A model generated the notes under the pieces. That model did no database searches. It saw only the letters and a list, made by a program, of their open reading frames with translations, and was not told the origin of the DNA. Shown here piece by piece: positions 1 to 11,800 of a stretch of DNA of 55,146 bases (the first letter of the stretch is position 1; every line of letters begins with the position of its first letter). Position numbers and translations under genes: made by a program. Location of the stretch: contig DF237532.1 of the NCBI GenBank assembly GCA_000708835.1, forward strand, positions 1-55,146, written 5' to 3'. This DNA is from Klebsormidium nitens (taxonomy: Eukaryota > Plantae > Klebsormidiophyceae).

Positions 1-1477
1 AGTTTCGTCGTTATCCTGCCAGCACTTCGCTTAAGCTGGCCAACCGTCACAATCAGTCACTTCTTTGTGCGAGGGTGACGGTTTCGGTTGTTTCTTGATC
101 TGGATTGGGCATCCTTGTTTTCAGCATTTTTCTGTTCGCTCGGCCCGACACTTGGAGTTACACTGTGTACCGGACAGCCTAGACCAGATATGACAAAATA
201 TTGCTTCTTGTTTTGGTTCATTCGGTTCACATTTGAAAATTGCCTGTAGCCAATGCCTTCCTGAAAATCTGCAGGCCTAAGTTGTGGGTCAGTGTGCCTG
301 CGAAGTTGCTTGCTGGCCAATGTTTCTCGAGCGGATATGCACACCCAAGACTTTGTCGGCATGTCCATGTCCGGTCGCTACTGTCTACATTGCTCAGGCA
401 GAAACTTATACGGTAAAGCGCGTCATGATGTTGTCTTTGTAATTGGCAGCCAGAGTCACGCCCACTCAGCTTCTCCAAACACTGGCACGGTAATTCATTC
501 ATTCAGTGCAAGTTCAACTTTCAGACGACCGTCCTGTCAGCATCCCATGCATCTGTCGATTTACGTGCATACGTATGCCGGCCGCCCGCGCTGTCTATTT
601 CATGCCGTAGCACGTGGAACAGCTTGAGGGGTCGAATGACGCATAGTAATTACGGTGACGATTTCTATTTTCTGCGCAGCGCTAAATTGACCCTTGCAGG
701 TACGTCGTCTGTCAATCAAAAAGAACAATTGCAAACGGTAACATATATACAGTACACGTGCAAAAACTATCTGCCCCAAAGTCAGAAGAAAGTTTAGACT
801 ATATATGGCATTCCTTCGCATCAAATCCGGTGAGTACTTTTGGGACCCTGGTCTGCTGGCACTAGAATGTGTCCGTTTCCTATAAAATCTGTACTCTCGT
901 AAGAGTCTGCTGCCAACAAATATTAGCAGAGACGACATCCGGTGGATCCGACTCTTGGCAAACCTTCAAACCCTTCACTTGATCCAAGAGGTCGTCACGG
1001 CCTCGAGAGGGTTGATACCAACGGGCGCGTCACGGCCCTGAATGAGACCTGTGCAGGCAGGCCAGGGAAAGAGCAACCCGTTCAGTTCCTTCCAGAAATG
1101 TCGCCAAGTTACTGAACAATACCGACGGGGCGAACAAACAGACTCTGTCACCAAAACCTATGCCGTTTTCGCCCGAGCCCCAAACCGCTGACGTTCCTTG
1201 TGTCGTCAGCCACCGCCTGAGGTTTGCGCCGCGCCCTGCACTAGGACCAATGGGTACACCGCTGCTTGCAATTGCGTTCCGCGGGGAATCTTCTCCCATG
1301 AGGACTCCCTCAGCGGAACCTGGCACGTGTCACCGAGCGGAATCCGTTCGCTCGCCCGGAAGACCGATGCTCCCCCCCCTGAACACCGATGGCCCCCCCT
1401 CTTTGCCGTTTCTCACTGGCACATCCGTTTAACCCCTCTCCGATGCTGTCAGGGCCGCGAGCATGCGCGCGCGCAAT

Positions 1478-2104
1478 CTAACCGCCGCCCGTTTCCGGGC
1501 TCCCCCATCTCGCCAGGTCTTTCGTAACCCGGTTTTCCAGAGCACTCTGCATGACCCTTCTCAGCTCTTTCGTCAGCAACGCATCTGCCGCATCTCGGTG
1601 GTCGCTGATCTTCCGAACCTCCGACTCGTACGCACGTGTCAGCTCCTTCACCTGAGCGCTGATCGCTTCCGTCGCTCGCCACACTTCCGCTTCTCGTCCC
1701 GCGGATTCAACGGCGAAGGCTTTGAGAATACGGAGCTGCTCCGCGGCTCGCACGACCAAGGGCGCCCGCCGGATATCCTTAAACCCGGCAATCGTGGGCT
1801 TCTCGACTTCGAGAGTCAACCTTTCGAGAGCAACCGCTCCACTCGCGGAACTTCGCTCCAAAGCCCTGACCACTTCTCTTCTTTGCCCAGGCTCCGCCTT
1901 CTCTTTAGCCAACGCGCTTCCGATTTCACCCAACGCAACGCGCTGTTTCTGTGCCTCCGCTTCCCTCAAACCGACGGCTTCCAACGCTTCGCTCACTTCC
2001 TTCTTCTTCTCTGCGAGTTTCCCTGTTTCCCTGGCCTCTTCAGAGGCGCCGAAAGGCGCTGCCCAACCGCCCTCTGCCAAGTCCTGTCTTTCCATTGGAA
2101 GCAA
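1478..2104 (-). CDS. Unknown coiled-coil-rich ORF (208 aa), possibly a transposon gag-like or pseudogene fragment
   Basis: The ORF is rich in E/A/K/L/R with a helical pattern (LAEKKKEVSEALEAVGLREAEAQKQRVALGEI) and has a long antisense shadow ORF (1463-2203). I recognise no family motif and could define no splice structure. Confidence 0.4.
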   Translation of the reverse strand: MLPMERQDLAEGGWAAPFGASEEARETGKLAEKKKEVSEALEAVGLREAEAQKQRVALGEIGSALAKEKAEPGQRREVVRALERSSASGAVALERLTLEVEKPTIAGFKDIRRAPLVVRAAEQLRILKAFAVESAGREAEVWRATEAISAQVKELTRAYESEVRKISDHRDAADALLTKELRRVMQSALENRVTKDLARWGSPETGGG

Positions 2105-2719
2105 GAAGAACGGTTTAGCGCTTCGTGGATGAAAGGGTACTTATCTCCGAGTCGTGATTACGGGAACGCTTCCTACACTTTTATCACTAGTTTCTGTAAA
2201 TAAGAAAGGTGCCGGCAAAGAGAGCATCAGCCAGAGTGCTTTTGGTAGCACAAATCAGGTTCTCTGGACCTTTCGAGCCGCACTCCTTTCGCATGATTCT
2301 CAGATCGACACTCGTCTTGCCCATTGTCAATACCGCGTGTGGCCAATTGATGCGCACGTGCCTCCTTTACTTCGACATGCACCCCGGCTCCTTGTACAGC
2401 CTGGTGTCCTGCCCATTTTGAGTCTTAAAGTCGACGTCCTGACTGATTCCTGATTTTTTTGACAGCCACTACTCCGAGTCGATCCGTGCAGCTTGCTTGC
2501 ATCTTGTTGATTTTCGTCTGTATTATTGTTCCCCTGGTACGTTTGAAATGGTGAGATCGAGTTTCTTGGGTTGGTTTTCTGATCAAAGACGGGTAAGGGC
2601 ACAGTGCGTGCTTAAGTCCTCATACCGGCCATGGCGTGCTTTCGCTTGCCGGCCGCGGTGCCCTTATTCTTCATTCTGTCCGGACTCCGATCGCCAACAT
2701 ATCACTGACCACGCAAACG

Positions 2720-4800
2720 GAAAAGACTCGTTTGCCGATAGGCAAGCAGCCGGGAAGCATACGGAAAACAGGCAATCCAGCGGCAGGTGAGTTCTTGGCG
2801 GTTGGCTACCTGAGTCATGGCTCTGCCGAAAAGAGAATAGAGCTCTTCAGGAAGAGCTTTCTTTTCGGCTACACCTGTTTCGAAGGCCGACAACCTTGGG
2901 TACAGTAGTAAACGCTACAAGAACCGACTCCGTAGAATCAGGGGCTGTGGCACCCCAAGTGGGCCGAGTGATTCTGCCCAAACTCGCCGTCTGTTCAGAA
3001 AAACGGAGGCAGCCTCAATTCACAGCCAAAAACAGCTCGTACATCCGCTTTATTCCCAGATCATCTGAAGTACTTAAAGGATCAGGGGAACACGTATTTG
3101 TTCAAGCCGAGGCAAAGAAGAACCACACACTAGCGCGTCGGCAGCGGTAGTCACGCCAGCCCGTCATGCCAGCCCGTCACTCTTGTGACGAACTCTAAGT
3201 CACTGTACGTTTGGTAGTTTGGTGTTCTGTAGTCTGGTAGGAGAAGCATAATTGCCTTAAATTCTTCCTTCCACGGTATCCAAATGGCTCTTTTTGGGTG
3301 GAGGCTGCTTCAGAGAACTACGTTTGTCGCGGCGGGATCTGAGAGCTGGTGCGATCAGATTGTACTACATACCGGGACGGAAATTATCAGTCCCATTCAT
3401 TCAATTGAGACTCTGATTGGTGGCAAGGACAAAAAGCACCCTGGCGGCATCGCCAGAGGAATGCCAAGTAACTGGAGCTACTACTACTGGATTTTATGTT
3501 TTCTCCTCGCAGCGCCTTACATCAGTTAACTGCTCTGGATCAGCACACGGATCAGGTGCCCAGAACAACGGAGGCCCTTTCAGGCTTGAAGTGGGTCGGC
3601 TGCATGGCTTGACGTCATTTTATGCTTACGTTTTCGTTCAAACTAGTTTCCCTCGTGGCTGTGGGTCTCACATCCGCACGCTATCCGACCCCTTCCGTGC
3701 GTTGCCAGGTCGCGTAAACTTGGGGCTTCTTGATCGATGCGGCTCGGTCGCATGACGGAAACCCGAGCTGTTTAGTGTAAGTAAAGTCTCTTGACGTAGG
3801 CCTTATCAACTCTTGCGGATAAGCAGTCACCTCGTGAAGTGGAAGCACGGCGAGGAGGTGGCTTTTGCATTGGCTTCCCAAGAAGTCACTCTCTTTCGGT
3901 ATATATATAGCACCGTCTAAGCCGCCTGAATTCACCTCCATCGATGTTGGCTGCTAACTTTATCTCAGTTTCTAGTCATGTCCATTTTTCTAGGCGTCTT
4001 TTGGGGTCGGCAAGCTTGTTACAACTGCTATTTCATGGTGAATAATTAGTCCTTGTTCACGGGACTCTTAGGACTCCGTTTCTCCCTCGCGGTTGACATC
4101 TGCTTCCTGCGAGGCCTGAGAAGCGCTGCGGAAGCCGTCGCAGAATGTTAACATCACAGAACGGGGTTCGTTGCTAACCAAGCTTGTTAGGAGAAGTAAA
4201 ACCGGGCACCTCACATTAGAAGAGACTCAAGACGGTTGCGGACAGCGGGCTTCGCTTTCCTTGTCGGACGGTGCCGCCAAGACACTTGGCGAAGTCCGGG
4301 CCGTACTGGACGAGCTGCGAACGGGATCGGAAGCAAGTCGGGCGCGTTCAGACGGAACTCGGACGGTATTTGGGCGCGAGCTGCGGGCGTCGGATCCGGA
4401 CGGATCCGGCCGGACGCCTTCCGTTCAACGGCCACTCGCGCGCGATTGCTTTTGTGGGCGCTGCCACGACAGCGACCAGCTTTCAATTCTCATGCAGAAT
4501 GTCCGGCGCAAGGATTTGGGGCACCTCGAATTTTTATTATTGATCAAAGATTTAGCGTGCCATCTTCAAAGTGCGCCAGACAAGGCGCCAAGCGACGCGT
4601 GCGCTGTCCGATACAAAACTGAGAAGTGGTGGCCGAGAGCCAATGGGCCCGAACATGCCACGTTTTTGATTTCATTTACGCCACGCAAAACTTATTGTTG
4701 ATCACGGTAAAGCGCGAGTACGTGAAGGACTAAGTCCGCTCTTCGGGCAAGTTGCTCGAAAGCTTAGAACGGACACGTCTCAAATAGCGTAAGAGCTATT
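2720..4800. mobile_element. Dispersed repeat, copy A (probable decayed or non-autonomous transposon); direct-orientation homologue of 20330-23035
   Basis: Colinear anchors shared with copy B: GGGGCTGTGGCACCCCAAGTGGGC 2941-2964 vs 20555-20578 (1 mismatch); GGCAAAGAAGAACC 3111 vs 20719; CGTGAAGTGGAAGCAC about 3833 vs about 21459; GACACTTGGCGAAGTC 4281 vs 22177; GTGAAGGAC-AAGTCCGCTCTTCGG-CAAGTT 4722 vs 22955. Boundaries are approximate. Confidence 0.7.
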
Positions 4801-5812
4801 CGCCGGATCACCTTAGTGATTCAATGATTAATCAAATTGTCACGCCCAATGATTTCCTCAAAAAATATATGATGACATGGTTCTTCCTTCAGTATCGATG
4901 ATATATCATGCTTCATCGTGTGTATCATATAATAGTATCCTCGCACAACACAGTCCGGCTTTCTAAAGTAACGGTCAAAAACGACGTACATGACTAGACT
5001 TGTATGCTGCCAGAGTGTGTGGCTGTTCGACCTGATTTACACGGAAGTCGACGCTTAAACTTGATCTATAAAACAGTACGCGTCGATCAATAGTTGACTG
5101 CCGAAAGTAATCTGCCACCAATTGTCGAGGCTAACCAACCAGATTGAGCTGGCGCGTGGTAGCAGACCATGCCGTTCTACTCCATAATATACCAAAATCC
5201 TTAATAGCGAGGTGCGTATGATTATCGGATGGATTCGACCCCTAGCTTCAATCCTGCACTTCGAAGAACAAAGACTACCAAGATTTTGTTCCTAGTGATT
5301 CGACACCATTAAAGTTGATTGCAGCATTACATTGTTGAACCAGTCCAGTAATTACGCTGTAATTTACCAGCTTAGATAGTAACCACTGCCTATCATTTGC
5401 GCGCTTTGACTGACACGAAGCTAGCAGTAAGCGACCAATTTACCGGATGTCCAGCCAATATTTTTCCAACATATAATCTACACCAGTATAGCGTGCGGTG
5501 ATCGAGGATAACAACTCGATGCTTTTGACTCGCAATCCCCAATCGATCCCTATTCTTCCGGAAATTTACCTACCCCAAAATCGCCGCATGGAACAGTTCA
5601 CTTTTGTTGATTTGCAACCAATGCAATCACCTCCATTTCCGATTGATCTCCATGCGTTCGCCCACAATCCTTTAATCGAGTAGTCTGTCGGTCTGCTCAA
5701 AACCTTGTGGACATCGCTTTCAAATCCCTTTCGAAAACATCCTTCCGGCCGAACCTTCCATCGTTTGAGTATCCATGTATCGACGTCGAATCTCGAAAAG
5801 CCTCAAACCCGC

Positions 5813-8800
5813 CTAAAACACCGGGCACCCTTCGACAACAATCCCCGGCGCGGTCGGGCACGACGCAAGCGGGCAGTGGTCGGTCGTGGTCCCTCCGTTA
5901 CCCCACCAACTGAGGACCGTGTTCTGATTCTGGAGCGCCGCGAAGATTATAATGCCCATGAAGGCGACCCCGGTGTCGAGCGCCGCGGAAAGCACGTAGT
6001 TGTAACGGGACCACCAGCCTTTGTAATACTTGAAGATGAGGTAGTTAAAGATGAAACCGGTTAGGATCCAAGACGAGTAGTTGACGGGCGTCGCGGGCGG
6101 CAGCAGCGCGGTCGCGCCGAGGATGACCGGGACATTCACCTTGCGGAGCCACTGCAGAAATAAGAAAGTCATTTGCATTGGCACGCAAAGACTCCTTTTT
6201 GAACCTGTTTTGTAAAAAATGTAATGAACCGGTCGCGCCCAGGATGACCGGGACATTCACTTTGCGGAGCCACTGCAGAAACAAGAATGGTTTCTTTCAA
6301 TCGGAGCCCAGAACCAACGAGATCAGGCGGCGAAAAATATGAACAGAATCAGGCACTTCCTCTTGGTTCAGACAGGTGTTAGCGAGCCCAATTGATAATC
6401 TGCAAAACCACATCCAAAATGTCAGATGTAAATAGGTATGCGGACAGATCGTTATGACTTTGAATTGACACACAAAATGTAAAGACTGTTTTCTTGTGAG
6501 TTCCTGTCTTTTAAAAGATGCAAAGGACCGCTTTTGGGTTTTCTGATTACTCTTTTCAGCCTCGCACGCATGTGCAACTCCTAAGACAGTAACCGGGGCC
6601 TCGATCAAGGGTCGATCTTTCGGGCAACTTGGATCGGGCAATTCCCGCTTCATCCTCGGGTCTGCAGAATTGCATGGAAGTTTCCCATCTAACACAGTGT
6701 ATATACGAGACTGCTCTTTACCCGACAAAAAGCGTTCCAATACACGTATTTGCGCTGCCGCATCGAAAACTTGCTCTGAAGCTACCGCGGCTGCCAGCCC
6801 ATTCGACCGTTGCATACGTCTGATTACGGACTCGGAGTTTCTTCTTGTCTTCGTACCCCACTGCTAATCCCATGTTGAGGCCCGAATCTAAGCACCGAAG
6901 GGGAGCCTGCCTCAGGCGGATACGACGCAAAATCCCGCCCTGCTAGTTGACCCTTTACCGTGATTTTTGGCGGTTAACCTCAGTCGATTACGGGCTGGTT
7001 TGGTGCTGGTACTCAACTGTCTAATGACCATACTCGAGCAGTGACCAGGTTCTAACCACTGTAAATGATAGCCCGGTTTAAGATCGTTGTGAGGCCGCTT
7101 CGATCTTAAACCTATTCAGATTTTCAGGCTATTTTGGTCTTAAACGTTGTGTCAGACCATTTTGATCTGAAATGCTGAATTTCTGAGATCAAAACGGCCT
7201 CAAAAAACGATCTTAAACCGGGTAATGATTTATTGTTAACATGGTTACGACGCGATTGTTGGCCAAAGAACAAGACTCATGAAGATTGGTTAGCGAACGT
7301 GGTTAGCAGCCAAACCTTCCTGTGCTTCTCACCTTGACCTTCGGGAAAACCTGCGCCGCCGCCCAGAACGGAACCGGAAGCAGGAAACCCGCGAGGAAGA
7401 ACCAATTGAGCGCGCTGTAGTCGCCCAAGCTGCCGAAGATGCGCTTCGGCCCGATCACCCCCCAAATGATCGACGCCGAGTAGAAGACGTTGGCGGACGG
7501 GCAAGTCCAGGGAGACCCGTCAGGCAAAAGATTTGTGTTGCAAATGTTGTTAATGGAGCCGTAGAGCCAGAACGCGACGGCCAGGTTCATAATCCCCGCG
7601 ATCAGGGTGCCCACCACCTGTATAGGGGAGAAACCGCGGTTAACCGTACCTGGTTAGGGTTTGTTAGGTGTTCTTTTAGAAGACAAGACTGGTTAAGGGC
7701 CGCTCCGTTGGTTTCGCTGATAGAGCCAGAATTGGTTAAGAAATCAGTGGGCGGCGGACGAATTTGTAAACACGGCCCATATGCAGGCACAGATCGAGCA
7801 CACGCACAGCGGATTGTTGAGAGCATCACCTTTCTTGTTTTAAAAGATTGCAGGTTAACATGCATCGTGCACACACAGGGCGTGAAGTGATATCTGGATA
7901 CTGATGTTCGTGGGGAGAGGACGTCATCCCGCTTCGCTGGAATGAATGAAGTGCTGGCAGACGGACACAGGTTGCCTGGAATCGGTTCATGACAAAAACA
8001 TTTTTTTTTCTGTATAAAGGGCAGTTGCTTTTACTTCGAAACAAATACCTGAACATAAAGTTAAGAAAGGAAGGGCCCGCTAACCTGAACGATGAACATG
8101 GGGCGCGGAGGGATCTTCATGTATTGCCCCAGCTTGAAGTCTTGCAGGAACGAGATGGCTTGCGTCATGCTGATGTAACCATACGTCTTGAACACCACGT
8201 TCGCGATGGGCTTGCCCGGGAGGATGAACCCGATCATAAACTCCGTAATGATGTTGAGCCCGGGGATCTGCACCGGGAACGCCACAGGTAAGTCGGTGCT
8301 AACAGGGGCGATAACCCGACTTTAGGGGTTAAGTTTTAAGAAATGGCATCGGCTTCTACTTCGAAGTTTTCGAAGAAGACCCGGTCGCATTCTGGCCGGG
8401 AGCGAATATATGCTGCAGGCCGGACGCTTCTACATCGCAACCGTAGAAGACTACAATGATCAGGATTTTCACTTGCTGACGTGTTGGCTACTGACACGTG
8501 GCAGGGAAGGCAGTTTAACCAGTGGTAAAAAGTTAGTGTGTTGAAACCCTCCGTCGCTGAAGCACTCGGGGAAACGGCGCAATGAAAAGGCGCCGATTCC
8601 GTCGGATGAGTTCTGCTGAGTTTGGTCGGAGCAGCGGAATTTACGAAGTGAAGACAGGCACTGCTTTTCTTAAGCGAGCTTCACTCCCCCAGAGTCCGCC
8701 AGCACTGAGCAGCGACACAGGAACTTTTGGTTGCTAACCAGGCTCATTAGGAGACTCGAATTTCAGGTTACTGAACAAATAGCCGGGCTTTTATCTCGTC

Positions 8801-11800
8801 CTAGGGCTGGTTACGGCTCAAGTCCGGTCAATGGACATTTACCCACTTTTAACACCTCATAACCAGCCCATAACCATCCATGGGTGAGGGCCAAAACCTT
8901 CCATGTGCGTACAGAAGCCCCCAATGATGGGCTCTTTTCTGGCGACTAGGAACCGTTCTCACCTGATTCGTGGTCGCCGCGATGACCCCCACCGGCAGCG
9001 TGAAGAAGATCGCGAGCGCGGTCGCGAGCAGAACGCCCCACCAGGGCAGCTGTAACCCGAAAACTTCGCAGGTAACGATGGACAAACCCACGGTTACGAC
9101 CAGAAGGATAATGAACCAGATCCAGGGGATGTCCTGGTAGCGCTGCATCAGGCGCGTGTGGATGTCCGGCATACGCTCGCCCACTGCACAGAAACGTTTA
9201 GAGGTTTTTGAGGGCTGTTTTCCCTCTAAAGCTGGCAGAATGGACGTTACAAAAGCTCCGTGCGTTTTAAGCGGTCGCGAAAGGACGCTCGTGCATCGTA
9301 GTCCTGAGGAGAAAGGTTCGACTGTCCCTACTCAAACTTGACATTGCGTTCAGCGACCAAGATAAACCCCGTGTTGAGTTATCTTGTCGCCTGAGGGGAG
9401 ACCAGTTCCTCTACGCCCTTTTGAAGAAGCGGGGACGAGCAGTCGGGGGCGTATACGCAGAGTACGGTAGAGTGTAAGAGCGCGCGCGCACTCACACGAT
9501 GAGCGCGCGCGGTGGTAGATGTCCCGCCCGTGCCACAGCAGCAGGTGGCTAATTGTCGCGGTTAGCGTGGCAAACCCGACGCCGTAGGTTATGGCGAAGA
9601 ACCCGGTGAGGTGCGGCTTGCCATAGGCCGCGTATTTTGCGTAGTCGACTTGCAGGTTGCTGTCCAGGATCTGCACAAAACAATCGCTAGAATGTTTCGA
9701 CGTCGAACATACGATCTCAGCGAATGGATAGGAAATGAGTCCTGGCGTGTAGCAGGTCAACAAAGACGACTCGCGGTTCCAGGAAAGGAACTAGAAGGAC
9801 CTAGAACTTATGACTTTGGAGAGCCAAACACGTCTCGTGTGAAGAATTCTTTCTTTGCTAGTTCTACTAGCCAAGTTTGAGACTTCGACTCAAGTTTCTC
9901 GAAAATAAAAGGAGGTCGAAGTGGGAATGAGTCGCCCCTCGACTCACGAGCGGAGGTAATCAGGAACTAGAGCGGTCGGACTTTCTTCTTTATCACACGC
10001 TTGATTGGCCGTTTCCGCTCAGAACTCAACTGTAAATCATCGAAACAAACTCCAAGTCTACGACATCACCCCTGTCGCGTAAAGGCTACTCAAAATAGAT
10101 TCGACCATCATACTGAGATGTCCAGACAGAACTTTGTCAAGTGCTAGATTAATCTGGATGAATGCATGCGCGCGCGCTCCCGACCAGTGAAAGAGCATGA
10201 CTCATTTTCGGACCTGGACAACAACTAGAGGCGGCGCACCTTGCTTGTGACGTACGGCTGACCGGTTTTGAGAAAGAGGCGAGACGACAGGATCGGGTAA
10301 TTCTTGGCGTCGTATATGTTGTTCCAGTATACAATGGGGACGATGACGTATGTGACCAGAAGGAAGCCGACCAATACGTTGGCAATCGCGAACCTGCGCA
10401 TAAGCGGGAAAAAGAAGAGGTTTTCGTTCCTAACCAACCCTCGCTGAAGGTTATATAACCAGCTCTTAACCAGCTTCATTTCGTCGAAGGGCATCTAACG
10501 GGGCACTAACCGGCAAACCGGGCTCCATTAACTTCGCTTTTCCCCTCTGCGAAAGCGAACACGCTTAAAGTACCAGGCCGCGTTCATAGAACTGGTAATG
10601 TCGATGTCAGCGTACCGATGTCCGAATGCATAAATGAAGGCTAACACTTCAATGCATGAGGGAATCATAAGGGAGACAGCTTCAATGCGCCGAATTCACC
10701 GAGTTGCTTTGCTAACCGGAGTGGAAACAATTTGGAAATGGAGAAGCGGCGCTTCGAAAGAGTTTTTCAACCGTCCCGGCTCCGAAAACTTTGGAAGTCC
10801 AGGGAACTTACTGAAAGCATACAAGTCTCGAACAAACGAAAAGACCGCTCAGGGATTTCAAAGCAGACGCTCAATCCTAAGCCGACAATAGAAACGCTAT
10901 GCAAGGGTCACGATCCTAGTTTCTAGCTGCGAGGCGAGGCTCTTACGCAGAATTCCGACCCGATTCGCACAAACCACGAGCTTACGCAAAGTACGTTCTT
11001 ACCAAGGAGTGGCAAGCGGCGAGAGGAGGAACGCTGATATGGTCGCCCAGTCCAAAGCGAAAGCACCGAGCCCGAGTCCTTCCAGACCTGCAAAACATGC
11101 AAATTCGTTCCGTTTCCGCTTCCGTTCTGACGATTCAGCGGATGAGGAGCAACTCGCGGCCGGCGGCTGCGCAATGACTCCTACTTGAGATCCAGGAAGG
11201 CGACCTACGAAAATGGGCATAAAATGCATCCACTAACCTCCTCACTAAACCAGGGTTAAGATGCTAACCCACCTGAGCCGACCTGCTGCGCGGTAACGCT
11301 CTTCTTGAACGCCCAGCAGATCCAGGAGAGTGACGTCATGATGGTCATGACGTAACCGGGGACCATGTACCAGATGAAGCTGAGGAACGCCGCGATAAGG
11401 AAAAATTTGATGCGGGTCATTCCCCGGCCCGTCTCTTTCTCGTGGAGAGTCCTGAAAGTCACAAAGGGTGAAAAAATGTTCATTTGATCTGCGCGCTAGT
11501 AGGGCCTTCCAAGCGCGCCGTCAAGATTGTTGCGGAATTGGAGGAAAAGCGAGCCGGGCAAAGTTATGCGGCTAGATCGTTGCTCGCTACTTCGTCACGT
11601 CGCCCGGTCGCATATCTCCCAACGCTGGCGAGCTATACGAAGAGAGAAACGACTTACGTCGAGTTCGAAACTCCAACAAATCATCGCTGATGAGAGTCGC
11701 GCTTGGCGTTACTGAGTCAGAGTTGGAGACCCCAAAAAGCACAAGGGCTGCTGACTCATTTGGCATAATACAGCCTGGTCATCGGACACATAACCAGATT

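Noticed and set aside
1011-1020. TGGTATCAAC on the minus strand, resembling a tRNA-Met primer-binding site
   Set aside because: The match is short, lies downstream of the gag-like ORF, and no LTR pair was found.
9928-9946. TGAGTCG-CCCCT-CGACTCA hairpin, resembling a Helitron 3' end
   Set aside because: The downstream CTAG is not followed by T, and no 5' TC end or second copy was identified.
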